From NCBI RefSeq assembly GCF_009914755.1, contig NC_060947.1: DNA of 64,000 nucleotides. The stretch is one strand, 5' to 3'. The translations under genes were made by a program, and so were the position numbers. The DNA is from the human T2T-CHM13v2.0 reference genome, Homo sapiens. Of the stretch, positions 36,864 through 51,135 are shown piece after piece (positions within the stretch are counted from its first letter, which is position 1; each line of letters begins with the position of its first letter). The notes below the pieces were generated by a model. It was given only the letters and a program-made list of their open reading frames with translations, was not told the DNA's origin and did not search any database.

Positions 36864-37071
36864 CAGAATTTTCTAATATAACTTTTTGTGATGATAAGAC
36901 TGTTCTATGTTTGCACTATCCAATATAGTAGTTACTGGCCACATGTGGTTATTGAGCATTTGAAATGTGGCTAGTGTGCCTGAAGAGCTACATTTTTTTA
37001 TTTCATTTTCTTCTAATTAACTTAAATTTAAATAGCCACAGAGATAGTGGCTGCCCTAATGGACAGCACAC
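36864..37071. mobile_element. MER3 hAT-Charlie MITE within an L2 remnant
   Basis: cactatccaatatagtagttactggccacatgtggttattgagcatttgaaatgtggctagtg...aaatagccaca...tggacagcaca. Confidence 0.85.
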
Positions 37072-40000
37072 ATACAGAGGAAAATTGAAGACTGACTAAT
37101 GGAGGACGAGATTGCCCAGACGGACTGCAGACTGAGAAGGGCAAAAAGTCTAAAAGAGAACTGAAGGTAATAAATGAGCGTTTCAGGGATGGGAAGATAA
37201 ATATGATTAGAAAGAGTCATCAAGATAAAGTAAGAACCCAGCATATTAAAAGACAGTAGAGAATAGAGTTGCAAAATGGGAAGATAAACAGCGTCAAATG
37301 CTGCTTAGGAGTCAAGCAGAATGAAGATTCTACAGGGGCAATGATTTATTCTTGCAATATTTATAAAATAGGCATTAAAAGATACCCAGAAGCATGTCGT
37401 CCTCAAAGGGATATAAAATACTTTGAAACTTACGGTTTGTTTTTAAAAAAGCATCTGAGATTTTGTCTCTGAAAGTGAAAGTTCTCTTCTATTTGAATTA
37501 GTCGGCATATGGTATATTTTCAAACAGGTGTTTGAAAACAAGCAACTTAATTCAGTCAATGCTTTGCCTGGTAACTGGATGCTAATGAGTACTTTTAAAG
37601 TAACCACTTGTTTGATCACATTTAACTATTTGGAGTCTTTTCAAAGCAATTTACGTGCTGTGTGGAGCTAGCTATAAACTTGTCTTGAGGATGGATGTGG
37701 AAACTGTATTCAGCAAAAAGAACAGAGTAATAACACGGACATTTTCTTGACCATCTATTGAAGTCACCAAGGCCTGGGCTGTGCATCTCTGAAAGGAAAG
37801 CCCTTTGAGATCAATGCCTATGGCTTTCAAGCATCGCTGGAACTCTTTTTGAGTTGTTCATCTGCCACTTCTTTCCTTGACTAGTTTGAACTCTTTACAA
37901 TTTCACGTAAAATCCCCACGGTTCACTAACTTTTAAAGAGCAATATTTCTTCCCCACCTCATTTTGTGACAACTCACACAATTGAAGCCACACAATTGAA
38001 ATATCTTGTCTTGAGCTTGAGAGCTTTCAGTTGAGTAGAAAATAAGCCACATGGAACTATCCTCAAAAGCATTCAGATTAGCTTATTGTGGAACACTCAT
38101 TCAGAGGGAAATACAAATGCAGACGTTTTAATTCACTATCCAGTCGCTCCTAAGTGATATGCCCAGAGAGCTCTGTTTAGTAGGCATAGCTCAAAAATCT
38201 GTTTTCTTATTTCCCAAGAGTATGCACCCCAATAGCCTCTCTATACCTCTCATGGTCTTCCCTGGTGATTTACTCCAACTGTTGTCTGACCCTGACTAAT
38301 TCAAGCCCTTTTCTTACAAACACCAGCTTCACAAAAGCACCGGGTTTTGACAATTTGAAGTGCCTCTTTCAGCAGAAATATTACCATGCCCTCTGCAGTG
38401 TACAAACCGGAGTAACATGTGTTAATCTTTCTGCAAAGCAGAACCTCATATTTGAGGTGTTCCCCTGGGGCCTTCACAGAGAGAGGCTAGTGGATGTGAA
38501 GATTTAAAGATAAAAAGATATTCACTGTACAGGTGATGAAAGGATCGGACAGAAGGTCACCCAGAAGCTACTACTGCTTCCCAATATGCAGTTACAAAGA
38601 CACAGAAATAGTAGTCTCTCAATAAATGGTTCTCAAAGTTTCTCTGGTGAAAATATGTCTAAAATAATATCATCAAGCTCAAGTGCAACTGGTATGAATT
38701 TTCATCAGTACATTTCAAGGCTAGTAACTTTTAGTTTTATTTTTTTAGAATCAAATAAATCTAGTTTAGTACCCATCTGTTAAAATTGATAGAAAATTTA
38801 ATCTCAGCAGTGTTTTGGGAGACTCCCCCCAACTTGAGATTATACAGGAGACAGAAGGGCTATTCAGTACATAAAATGTAATGATGAGCCTCTGTTCTCC
38901 AATGCTTCATGGTCCTTGCTCAGACCAGCCTACTTCACTCAAACTCAGGTGGCTCTCTCTTCCTATCATGCCAAGCTTAAGCATAGAAACTTCACTGAGC
39001 ACCCAAGCTAAAGCTACTAATGTCCATCCATACCACGTAGCCATCTCCCCTTTGGATATCTGCACGGAAACAGGGAACATGGAACTTCTACTCATGAAAT
39101 TTGCTACCAAAATTAAAACCTAACCCAATTTGGAAACCTTAGGCAAATCCACTGAGTATCCCACATTAAGCCATTCCTCACTTTTGGTCTAGGCATCAGT
39201 TTCCATCTCCTAAAGTCCAGCATGATTTCTTGAGGCATCTAACATTGAAACATACAAATTCTTAACTGGGAGAAAAGGAGTTGGAAGAGCAGCTCAGCAT
39301 TTGAGGCTCAACCATATCAAACTGGATGTTCTCTTTTTTAACAAATATTTTGTAATACTCAATTTACTGCCATGAAAAGAAAGCCACACTCTGCATACTT
39401 ACATAATTAAGGTAAAAATATGATACAATGCCAGAACTATATCATAAAAGATAAGTTCAAGGAAAGAAATTAATAATGAGTGAACGCATTTTAGGTTAAG
39501 TAATAATGGGCTAGATGGATTTTTATGTGATAAGAGCAAACAAAGAGAAAACCATTGTTGCAATGGCCATAATTATGGCCAAACAAATTACACACTTCAA
39601 GATGAGAAAAGGAACAAACGTGTGATTCTTGCAAATGAGTTTGTCCCCATTTTTATGAGTTATGATATAGGACAAGAAGGTATGAGTTATCATGAAAAAC
39701 ACATCTTCTAATTTGAAATCCCATCACATGTCGAGGTATACGTTATGGTCTCTAATAGATAAATAAATCTTAGATAACATATCTTTCAACAGACAATGAG
39801 AGAATAAAGGATATATTAGAAAAGGAACCTAATAAGATAAGTTCTAGAGTGGTTATAATCGACCTCAGGGGACAGGATCAGAATAAGATTGAAAACAAAT
39901 AAGGCAACCCAAAAAATTAAATGAAAATTTCCATATGAAATGTTTACAACTACTATATCTAATTGGCCTAATGATGTATTACAATAATAGTAATAATATT

Positions 40001-40899
40001 CTTAAAACAACATTTATTGATGAAAATCAGTGATATCACTGCAATTCATAATTCTGCAAATTTGATAATATTTTTACTTTTAGATCCATTGAATGGACTT
40101 CAAAGTAAAAATTTATTTTTTATCAATTCTCAGATACAGGTGCCTCAAATAGGTCTAGCAGAACCCCTATTAATGTTAAAGTTTGTGATATGGTTAACAA
40201 CTCTTGACAAAATTCCAAACAAAACTAAGGACAGACTTTCCCTATTTTACATGGAATTTTGCATCTCCAAAAAATTTTAATGGTTATTAAAATGTGCAAC
40301 AAATACTTTGGGTTTCTATGTAAAATTGAAGTTGTTTTCAAACTCAGCTAAGTATTAACAGCTTTTATACATAAAATAATGTCTGCTGGGATATTCCAAA
40401 ATAGTGCAGAAAATAGTATGAGTCTTCTTTTTCCAAAGCCTGTTCCAGCATTGCAGAACATCTCGGCTGTCTGGCCACTAGTCACTGAATGCTTGCAGTT
40501 TTCTGTAATCCCTGTGACAGCCAAAAATAAAAATAAAAATAAAAATAAAAATCACTCCAAGATACTTCCAATGTGCTTCCTGTGTGCGGGGGAGGGGGTG
40601 TTCTACTCCAGCTTAGAGCCAGCGTGGGTCACAAGACACAAGACTTGAGTGTAGAAAGAAATATTACCTTTTGATTTTTCAAATTTCTGACAACAAGAAC
40701 AAAATATCAGCATTTCAATAAACCATAGATATTCTCATTTCACAAGTTATGGAAATAATGAAAGGAATAATGGAAACCCCTAGACTTTATGCCAAGTTAA
40801 GCATATCCAGAAAGAAGTAAGCTTTCTTCTCCATTCCAGCTTATCTACCCATTCCTACATTTATACTGTGGACTCTGTCAGTACCTAAAGCTATGCTGC

Positions 40900-42500
40900 C
40901 ACTGAAAGCATTGATTCAAATATGTCTTTCTTGAACACTATCTCTAACCCTTCCAGCTAGCTTAAAGGATCCCAATTGTGTTAAATTAGTCCCTACTTAC
41001 TGTGACATTCAGTCCATTCATTTCTCTACTTTCTCCCTATTGATCAGTCCTCGACTTCCTTCAGAGTCCTCTTTATCCAGCTTAGATTCCGTGTTCCATC
41101 AATTAGTATTCCATCAATAATACTATTGCCATTATTCTAACCTTCTTACTCATCTGTCACTGTGCTTATTTGGCAAAACCCAAAAAGAGCTAAACTCAAA
41201 TATCTACCCTTTCCCTCCCTGCAGTGAGAAATTCCAAGCCTGCAGGAGAAAATCCTAAAATACTGCAAGTTTGTTTTACAATAAATTCATGGTCACCAAC
41301 CTTAAATAAATCAATCCTCAACACTGCTACACATTCCTATTATGCCCCTTTTCTCAACTGATGCTTCCACTCTTTCCAAGGTCTATGTCAAGCATAATTA
41401 CCCTCTTCCAAAGCTCTGACTCCACCTCCCCTTTTTTAGTGTGCAAAATGATCTTGTTCCTTCCCTCACAAGGGAAATAGATGCAGACAAAAAGTCCTTC
41501 AGTTTCTGCCTATTTCTTGTTACAAACCCACCTATATCTGCTCCAGTCTTTTCCTTCCTCTTTCTCATTACAGTAGAGGTTTCCTTCTTTAGTCAGAAAC
41601 AATTCATACAAATCTCTCTCCAAATATGTTTCCTCTGTTACTTGTTTGTACATTCTCATGTATATTTACTTTGTAACCCATTCCAATCTGTTTCAGGTTC
41701 TTACTCCTCCCCTCAAATCACTTTTGTCTATGTCATCAGTGCCTAATTGATAAGTTCTGGCTACACCATATACTTTGGATGAGTTAGCCTGCCTCCAAGA
41801 TTTAGGTTGTCATTGATAAAAGTGCAGAAATAATATTCGTTTTGTAGAGTTGCTGCAAAGATTAAATGATATAATATTAATGAAATCATTAGAAAAATAT
41901 CTGAAACAGAGTATAAACTCCATAAACATTATCTCTTTCCAGTAGTAGTAGTATCAGCACCAGCAGCAGCCGCAGTAGTAGTAATATTAATAAATCCAGT
42001 AAGTGATCCTTAGTTCTCCTGTGTGACTTCTCAGCACCCTTGACTCCGTTAACCATGCAAAATACTGGCTTTCTGCCCTGTAGATTTATGCGACTGGCTT
42101 TATGATGCCATGATACTCTCTATAATGCCTCAATGATATGTGCTGGTTTTGTCAGATGCATTCTTTCTATTTTATCTTTGTTCTCAGAGTGTTGTGGCAA
42201 CACAGAGAGTGTCTTAAGCCCCTCTGAGAGAAAATTTCACCAACTGTTTTAGTCTTTCTGGAAACGGGATGCTGAGCGGTGGCATATTTTTTGTTCGATG
42301 CTGTTGTACTCTGCATTCTCAACTCATCCTCAGCAACTCAGAGACTTCAGAGTTTAGTCATTTGGTACAAAAGACATGTGAGCTGTACATAATATATTGC
42401 AGCTCCTTAAGGGTAGAAACTATGACTCATTCCTCTGTATACCCTATGGCATGGAACAGGATGCTTAACATATACTAGGTCTCAATAAATGTGCTTTGAA
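40900..42500 (+). mobile_element. L2 remnants with an embedded MIR (about 41750-41930)
   Basis: ataaattcatggtcaccaacctt, aacccattccaatctgtttc, terminal aggtctcaataaatgtgctttgaat. Confidence 0.6.
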
Positions 42501-43326
42501 TAGAACTAAAATTGGAAAGAACAGGCTGAATACTCAACTTGACATTCACTAAAGTACGTTTTCATGCTTAAGATTTAAACTGATCTTTACAAGGCTTTCT
42601 CTTGCTGATTAAGCATCCATTTGCTAAAATGCTGTCTTTCCTTTTCTTGGTAGCTAACATTGACAGTGTTTCCCATCAGTCCTCTTTATAGAGAATCTAT
42701 CGCCTGAAATAATTAGTATACTCATCAGTCTTGTTTAGATATTGCCATCCCTAGCTGGCAATTTCCATTTTAGAGAATCAGCAAAAGGCTTTGATGCCAT
42801 GACAGATTACATGGATGTGAGGTTAGAAATTTCAAGATAGATCAAGTTCAGGCAGATAAAGGAATGTATTTTTCCTCTGAGTTCAATGAGGCACACTGAC
42901 ACCAGCATACTGTACACAGTCTGAAATTGTCACACAAAACACTTAGTTTTTCACTAAACATGACTTATACACTGAAAACAGACTGATACCTGAAACTTAA
43001 CACCAACAGGTTTTGTTTCTCAGTCTCAAAATTAGTGTGGCCTCTGGAATAGGTTAATGTGAGTGTGTGAGCATGTGTATGTGTGTACATATAAATGTGT
43101 GTGTGTACAGAAAAAAACACACTTTTACTGAAGAAAGTTTGTTTAATAAATAAAAGGGATTCACGGATGACCAGTTAGAAAAAAAAATATTGATTTAGAG
43201 CCTTTTCTCATACCATACATCAAATTTAGTTAAAGCAAAAATAAAGTAGAATAAAATGAAGGTGGTTATTGATCCAACCTCTGGATCTCAGAATGAAAAA
43301 CATCTTGCACACTTAAAAGCAGTAGA

Positions 43327-43681
<355 letters not shown>

Positions 43682-46600
43682 TTATTTTATTATAAATTTT
43701 ATTTTAGGTTCAGGGGTACATGTGCAGGTTTGTTGTATAGGTAAACTTTGAGTCACCGGCATTTCATGTGCAGATTATTTTGTCACCCAGGTAATAAGTG
43801 TAGTACCCAATAGTTATTTTTTCTGATCTCCCTCATCCCACTCTTGACTGTTAAGTAGGCCTGGGGAACCCCTCTTTGTGTCCATGTGTTCTTGTTGTTT
43901 AGCTCCCACTTATAAGGAAGAATGTGTGATACTTGGTTTTCTCTTCCTACATTAGTTTGCTTAGGATGATGGCCTCCAGCTCCATCCATATTGCTGCAAT
44001 GGACATGATCTCATTTTTTTATGGTTGCATAGTATTCCATGATGTATATGTATCACATTTTCTTTAGTCTACCATTGATGGGCATTTAGGTTGATTTCAT
44101 GTTTTTGCTATTGTGAATGGTGCTGCAATGGACATAGGCATGCATGTGTCTTTATGGTAGAGTGATTTGTAGTCCCCTGGGTATATAACCAATAAGGAAT
44201 TGCTGGGTCAAATGGTAGTTCTGTTTCAATTCTTTAAGGAAGAGCCACACTACTTTCCACAATGGCTAAACCAATTTACATTCCCACCAGGAGTGTGTAA
44301 GTGTTCTCTTTTCTCTGCAGCCTTGCCAGCATCTGTTGTTTTTAGTCTTTTTGATAATAGCCATTTGGACTGGTGTAAAATGGTATCTCATTGTAGCTTT
44401 GATTTGCGTTTCTTTAAATGATATGATTTGGAGCTCTGTCCCCACCAAATCTCATGTCAGATTGTAATCCCCAATGTTGAAGGTGGGGCCTGGTGGGAAA
44501 TGATTGGAATATGGGGGAAGATTTGTCATGAGTGGTTTAGTACCAGCCTCTTGGTACTGGCCTCATGGTGGTGAGTGAATTATTGCGAGATCTGGGTACT
44601 TAAAAGTATGTGGTACTTCCCCTCTCCCTCTCTCTTTTGCTCCTGCTATTACTACCATGTGAATTTTCTGCTCCCGCTTTGCCTTCCGTCGTCATAAGTA
44701 AAAGCTCTCTGAGGCCTCCCCAGAAGGAGAGGCCACCATGCTTTACATAAAGCATGTACATCATCCTGCAGAACCATGAGCCAATTAAATCATTTTTCTT
44801 TATAAATTACCCAGTCTCAGGTAACTTTTTACAACAATGTGAGAATGGCATAATACACTAATGATTAGTGGTGTTGACCATTTTTTCGTATGCTTGTGGG
44901 CCACACGTACTTTTTTTTTTTTTTTTGAAAAGTCTCTATGTAATTTTCCCACTTTTTAATGAGGTTGTTCGTTTTTTGCTTGTAAATTTGTTTAAGTTCC
45001 TTATAGATTCTGGATATTAGACCTCTGTTAGATGTATAATTTGCAAATATGTCTTCCCATTCTATAGGTTGTCAGTTTGCTCTGTTGACAGTTTCTTTTG
45101 CTGTACTACAGAAGCTCTTTAATTAGGTCACACTTGTCAATTTTTGTTTTCGTTGCAATTGGTTTTGGCGTTTTCATCATGAAATCTTGGCCAGATCCTA
45201 TGTCCAGAATGGTATTGCCTAGATTATCTTCCAGGGATTTTATAGTTTTGGGTTTTACATTTAAGTCTTCAATCTATCTCGAGTTGATTTTTGTGTATGG
45301 CGTAAGGAAGAGGTCCAGTTTCGGTCTTCTGCATATGACTAGTCTGTTATCTCAGCACTATTTATTGAATAGGGAGTCCTTTCCCTATTGCTTATTTTTG
45401 TCAACTTTGTTGAAGACTAGATGGCTGTAGGTGTGCAGCATTTCTTCTAGGCTCTCTATTCTGTTCCATTGGTCTATGTGTCTGTTTTTGTACCAGTACC
45501 ATGCTGCTTTGGTTACTGTAGCCCTGTAACAGAGTTTGGAGTTGGGTAACGTGATGCCTCCAGCTTTGTTCTTTTTGCTTAGGATTGCCTTGGCTATTCA
45601 GGCTCTTTTTTGGCTCTATATAAATTTTAAAATAGGTTTATCTAATTCTATGAAGAATGCCATTGGCAGTTTGATAGAAACAGCATTGAATGTGTAAATT
45701 GTCTTGTGCAGTATGGCCATTTTAACAACATTGATTCTTCTTATCCATGAACATGAAATGTTTTTCCATTTGTTTGTGTCATCTCTGATTTCGTGGAGCA
45801 CTGTTTTCTTCCACCTCTCTGGTTAGCTGTGTTCCTAGGTATTTTATTTGTTTTATGGCAATTGTAAATGGGATTGCATTTCTGATTGTGCTCTCAGTTT
45901 GGATGTTGTTGGTATATAGGAATGCTACTGACTTTTGTGCATTGATTTTATATCCTGACACTTGGCTGAAGTTTTTTTTTATCAGATCAAGGAGCTTTTA
46001 GGCAGAGACTATGGGATTTTCTAGATATAGAATAATGTCATCTCAAACAGGGATATTTTAACTTCCTCTCTTCCTATTTGGATTCTTTTCATCTCTTTCT
46101 CTTCCCTGATTGCTCTGGCTAGGACTTCCAGTATTATGTTGAATAGGAATGGTGACAGACAGCATATTGTCTTGTTCCAGTTTTTAAGGGGAATTCGTCC
46201 AGCTTTTGCCCATTCGGTATGATGTTAGCTGTGGATTTGTCATAGATGGCTCTCATTATTTTGAAGTATGTTCCTTCAACACCTAGTTTATTGAGGTTTT
46301 TTAAACGTGATGTCATGTTGAATTTTATCGAAAGTATTTTCAGCATCTTTTGAGATAATCATGTGGTTTTTGGTTTTAGTTCAGTTTATGTGGTGAAATA
46401 CATGTATTGGTTTGTGTATGTTGAACCAGCCTTGCATCCTGGGGATAATGCTTACTTGATTATGGTGGATTAACTTTTCGATGTGCTGCTGGATTCAGTT
46501 TGCTAGAATTTTTTGGGGGATTTTGTCACTGCGTTTTTGAGGATGTTCATCAAGGATATTGGCCTGAAATTTTCTGTTTTGTGGTGTGTCTGCCAAGTTT

Positions 46601-47625
46601 CAGTATCAGGATATGGCAGGTCTCGTAGAATGAGTCAATGAGGACATCCTCCTCCTCAATAGTTGCAGTAGGAAATGTATCAGCTCTTCTTCATATATCT
46701 GCTAGAATTTGGCTGCGAATCCGTCTGGTCCTGGGCTTTTTTTTTGGTTGGTAGGCTTTTTATTACTAATTCAATTTTAGAATTAAAATGTCTGTTGAAG
46801 CATTCAATTTCTTCCTGGTTCAGCCCTGGCAGGTTGTATGTGACTAGGAGTTTATTCATTTACTCAAGATTTTCTAGATTATGTACACAGAGGTGTTCAT
46901 AGCAGTCTCTGAGGGATTTCTGTATTTCTGTGAGGTCAGTTTTAATGTCCCCTTTGCCATTTCTGATTGTGTTTATTTGGGTCTTCTCCCTTTTTTCTTT
47001 TATTAGTCTAGCTAGTGGTGTATCTATCTTATTAATTTTTTCAAAGAACTAAGTTCTGGATTCATTGATATTTTGCGTGGTTTTTCATGTCCCAATTTTC
47101 TTCAGTTCAGCTTTGATTTTGGTTATTTCTTATCTTCTGCTAGCTTTGGAATTGATTTGCTCTTGCTTCTCTAGTTTCTCTAGTTAGGTTATTAATTTGA
47201 GAATTTTCTAACTTTTTGATGTGGGTAATTAGTGCTATAAACTTCTCTCTTAACACTGCCTTAGCTGTGTTCCAGAAATTCTAGTATATTATATTGCTGT
47301 TCTTAATAGTTTTAAAGAAATTCTTGATTTCTGTCTTAATTTCAATATCTACCCAGAAGTCACTCAGAAGCAGGTTATTTAATTTTTATGTAATTGTATG
47401 GTTTTAAGCAATTTTCTTAGTGTTGACTTCTGCTTTTACAGCACTGTGGTCCGAGATTGTGGCTGGTATGATTTCTGCCTTTTTTACTTTGCTGAGGATT
47501 GTTTTATGTCTGATTATGTGGTCGATTTTAGAGTATGTGCCATGTGGCAATGAGAAGAATGTATATTCTGTCGTTTGGAAGTTGAGAGTTCTGTAGAGGT
47601 CTGTTAGGTCTATTTGGTTAAGTAT
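43682..47625 (-). mobile_element. 5'-truncated L1PA15/16-like element, interrupted by an MSTA LTR
   Basis: ttcaggggtacatgtgcaggtttgtt...tgtcacccaggtaataag; minus-strand ORF2 remnants (44266-44448, 45616-45961, 46134-46346, EN motif HGTYSKIDHI near 47520). Confidence 0.93.
44419..44857 (+). mobile_element. MSTA solo LTR
   Basis: tgatatgatttgg...cccaccaaatctcatgtc...catgagtggtttagtacca...gagaatggcataataca; L1 is continuous across it. Confidence 0.92.
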
Positions 47626-48019
47626 GACCACATTTTTAAATGAAATATTATGATAATCCAATAATATAAACCAGATAAAAATGGAGCTGGGCTTATTGAA
47701 ACAGCAAGCAACATGCAGTTCCATTAGCTTAGCCTTCTTCTTTTTCACCCCACAGTGGTTCCTGAATCAGATTTCCAAAAGTCCAGGACTTCGCAGGCAT
47801 ACTCTGAAAGCCATTGACCTAGGGTGTGGACTGTGAGAAGTCTGAGGTAGAATTTTTTCCCACTGAACTCTTTCATTGAAAGCATTAAGGAATTCAGAAT
47901 ACAATGATGCAAGATGCTCCATCTGTTTATGGCTTCGTTTCTTACCATATGCTGCCGCCACTCAGCAAAAACGCTGGGGAGGTGGAAGCTTGGCATTTGG
48001 TATGTAGATAGAAGAAAAG

Positions 48020-49500
48020 AAAGTACCTTCCAAGAAAGCAGTGAATGGGTGTGAGAGGGGAAATGGAAAAGAAATAAAGGGGAATGTCTTAAAAACTAAG
48101 GCAAGTTGTTGATTTTTTTAAAGAGGATGGAGTGGTCAAAAGGGTAAATATTGATGACAGTCTGATAGGATAGCAGCTGATTTGTGTTGGGCTGAGTTGA
48201 GAAGAAGAGGGGAAGAACTGGAAGCAGTGAGTATAAGCAACCTATCTGTAAGTCTGGCTGTACAGGGAAGAAGAGTGGGCATTAAGTGGATGCTTATTTT
48301 TCTTTCAATGAAAAAGAACTAAGCATGTATAACAGCTGAGGCAAATCACTTATTTGAGAGATAAAGGTTGAGAATAATAAAGAGAAGGAGCAAACAATAA
48401 TTAAAGTTCCCTGAATACAAAGGTCTTGAAATAGTGGGAGATTATACTGTCTGAAGCTTGAGCTGGGTGTCTGGCCTCAGCTTGAAGGATATACAGGTCC
48501 CATATCATGACAAAAATGAAGGAAGATAAAAATGAGTAGAGTTCAGGTACAGGCAGACGTGCATATGATAGGTGGACACAGAAGTTCCCTTCTGTAACTT
48601 TCTGTTCCTTGGTAAAACAGGGAAAAAAAATTTCATCTACAAAACGTGATATAAGGCAGGGTTCAGATGTGAAAACAAATTTTGAAGTTGCCTTTGCGGA
48701 TACAGGGAAATCAGATTGACCATAGAAATATGATATGTTTTTCACGAAGAATCGAGGGCCCACTTGAAGTTCATAATCATGAATTCATGTTTAAGTCATC
48801 TGCTCTGTTGAATCATAATTTTCAAAAAATTCAGCTGACTATTGGCACAGAGAAGTTAGCCAGTTGGATTAATGCGCGAGGTTGGGTTTTTGCAAAATAT
48901 TGAGTTTTCCTTGGCAATGAAAAGACAAATAATGTAAGGCTTTTGGGGTATTGACAAAGATGTTATTGAAATGGTTAACTATGGAAATAGGTTGGTTAAA
49001 AGGGGAAGTTGAGAAAGGGGAGTATTGATTGATGAGAAGAAAATAGAGGGTAAGTACTTTGGGTATCCTAAAGAGATTAAATAACAGTTGTGCTACTAGT
49101 TGAACTATAAAACTGAAAGGACAGGTGGTTGTGTTAATAGAATGGGCTACTGGAATGAGAGATTTTGCAAGTGCAGCAGTTATGAATAATGATTAGATCA
49201 AGGGTGTAGCTGCGGGAGGGCTAACTGAAAAAGCCTGGACTAGAGGGTCATTGGAACTAGGAGGCCAGGATATGTAGATTGGGCCATCCACATAGGCACT
49301 GACGTCATCTTAGGGTAATGGAGGGACTTTGGGTAGAGAGGAAAACTGTGAACCATGTGCCAAAGTCATGGATGAATGAGTAGGGTAGTTGATAGAAATT
49401 TGGAGAGGGAAATAATTTTAAAGCTGGATGACAGACCTTTCAAAACAGCACAGATATTTACCCGCAGCATAGAGGAATAATATTCTAGAAGAGGCCATGG
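48020..49500 (-). mobile_element. L2 remnant
   Basis: ggagtggtcaa, gggttgagaa-like and gaaaactgtgaaccatgtgccaaagtc purine-rich L2 antisense segments. Confidence 0.6.
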
Positions 49501-49939
49501 AAAGCAGTAGTGACACCGTCACTACTTTCAGGTCCACTACTTGAGCAGTGATATAGCAAGAGTAATTGATGCTCAGGAGGTAGTGGAATCTGTTTGCACT
49601 TTTTTTCCCTATTCCATATTAGGATTTTGCCTAGAAAATAATAAATTCATAGTGAAACCAGAGTATGTTTATTCAATTTTTTGAAAACTCAGTGATTATA
49701 ACTGAATACAAAATGGTAAGAAACGTTGTTTTGACCTATGCCATTTTGGCATCCCATAAACTGTATCTGGGAGCACATGTAGTTCCCTTTACTCTGCCAC
49801 TTCATATAAGAAGTCTGCAGGGAAAGAAGTATCCTTTTCAGTTAAACAAGGAGGTGGAGGAAATGATAAGAAAGAAGTTGAAGTTGGCTCATTATGAAAA
49901 AGCAAAAAATCTGAACATCATCTGTCACTCTCAGTGAAC

Positions 49940-50610
49940 TCCAGCATCAAATAAAGCATCAAGTTCTTTCAAATGTGTCTCCTAAATATATCTTGGAATA
50001 GTTCACTTCTGATCACCCTTACGGCTACCACTCTGCTTCAAGCCACCATTCTCTCTCATCTGTTCTATTGCAATAATTTTCTCATTAGCTTCTCTGTTTC
50101 CTTTCTAGTTCACCTCCAATCAACTTTCCATTCTGCAGCCAGAGAGATCCTTCTGAAATAAAAGTAGGTCATGCTGCTTCTCTCTCCTCAAATGATTCAA
50201 AATGAAAGGCCTTGTCCCAGTATTCCTTTACATACATGTACATCTCATGACCTAACTGTAATGAACTACTTGACCAAACATGCTAAACTTTTCTTATACT
50301 TGTGCTTATATTCCTCTCCTTGCTTGGAAGGCCTCTCTATAGTCCTTGCCTTCTGTGCTTGGCTACCTCCTGTTCTCCTTAAAGATTCAGGCCTGGGTAG
50401 TCCCTCCTTCAGGATGTTCTCCCTGACATGTTTACCCCAAAGGCAAAGTGAGAAGTTCTCATCCATTGTGCATTAATAGAGCCATGGGATTCTCTCTATC
50501 ATAACACTTATTAAAGTATGTAATAGCCACCTATTTGCTTGCCTGTCTACCCAACATGCACAGAAGTTTCCAAATTGTAGACACTTAACAGTTCATTATA
50601 TATGAATGAG
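49940..50610 (+). mobile_element. L2 3' remnant
   Basis: caagccaccattctctctcatctgttctattgcaataa...gcagccagagagatccttctgaaat; ends tgaatgag. Confidence 0.7.
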
Positions 50611-50997
50611 CTTGGAGAGAAGAGTCTACCAGTTTTGGACTCGAGTTGGCTAACTTCATTCTTTCCCCAGAAGAAGTGGGGTGCTATGGTCTTTCCAATA
50701 GATGGTTGTTCAACCATTGCATTGCCCTCCATAGTACTCTTTGTCTCTCATACAATATCTTTACTTTGTGCAAATTATAGCCACCGAGCACACAGTCTGT
50801 CCTATAATGACTTCTAGCAAAATGCAATTTTCACAAGATGACGAGAGAGACTTAGCAAACTTACTATGCTACAACAGTATAAAGTCAGCATTTACTATAT
50901 AAAGAATGTCCTGAGGAACACACACACATTTTCAGGAATAAGATTGGTTATGAAAGCCATTGATACATTTCAAATTCCCATGTATTTGATGTTTAAA

Positions 50998-51135
50998 ATG
51001 TTTTTAATTTGAACCCAACTTAGACATAGAGAAAAGTATCAAAATTTATGGAGTTCCTTCATGTCTCTCACCCAGCTTCCCCTAATGTTAACCTGTTATA
51101 TAGCCATAGTACAATGATCAAAACTAAGAAATTTA
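50998..51135 (-). mobile_element. L1MB-type 3' end fragment
   Basis: cacccagcttcccctaatgttaac...ccatagtacaatgatcaaaactaagaaatt. Confidence 0.75.

Noticed and set aside
47756-47836. AIDLGCG peptide resembling methyltransferase motif I
   Set aside because: A stop follows two codons later and there is no other methyltransferase similarity; chance match.
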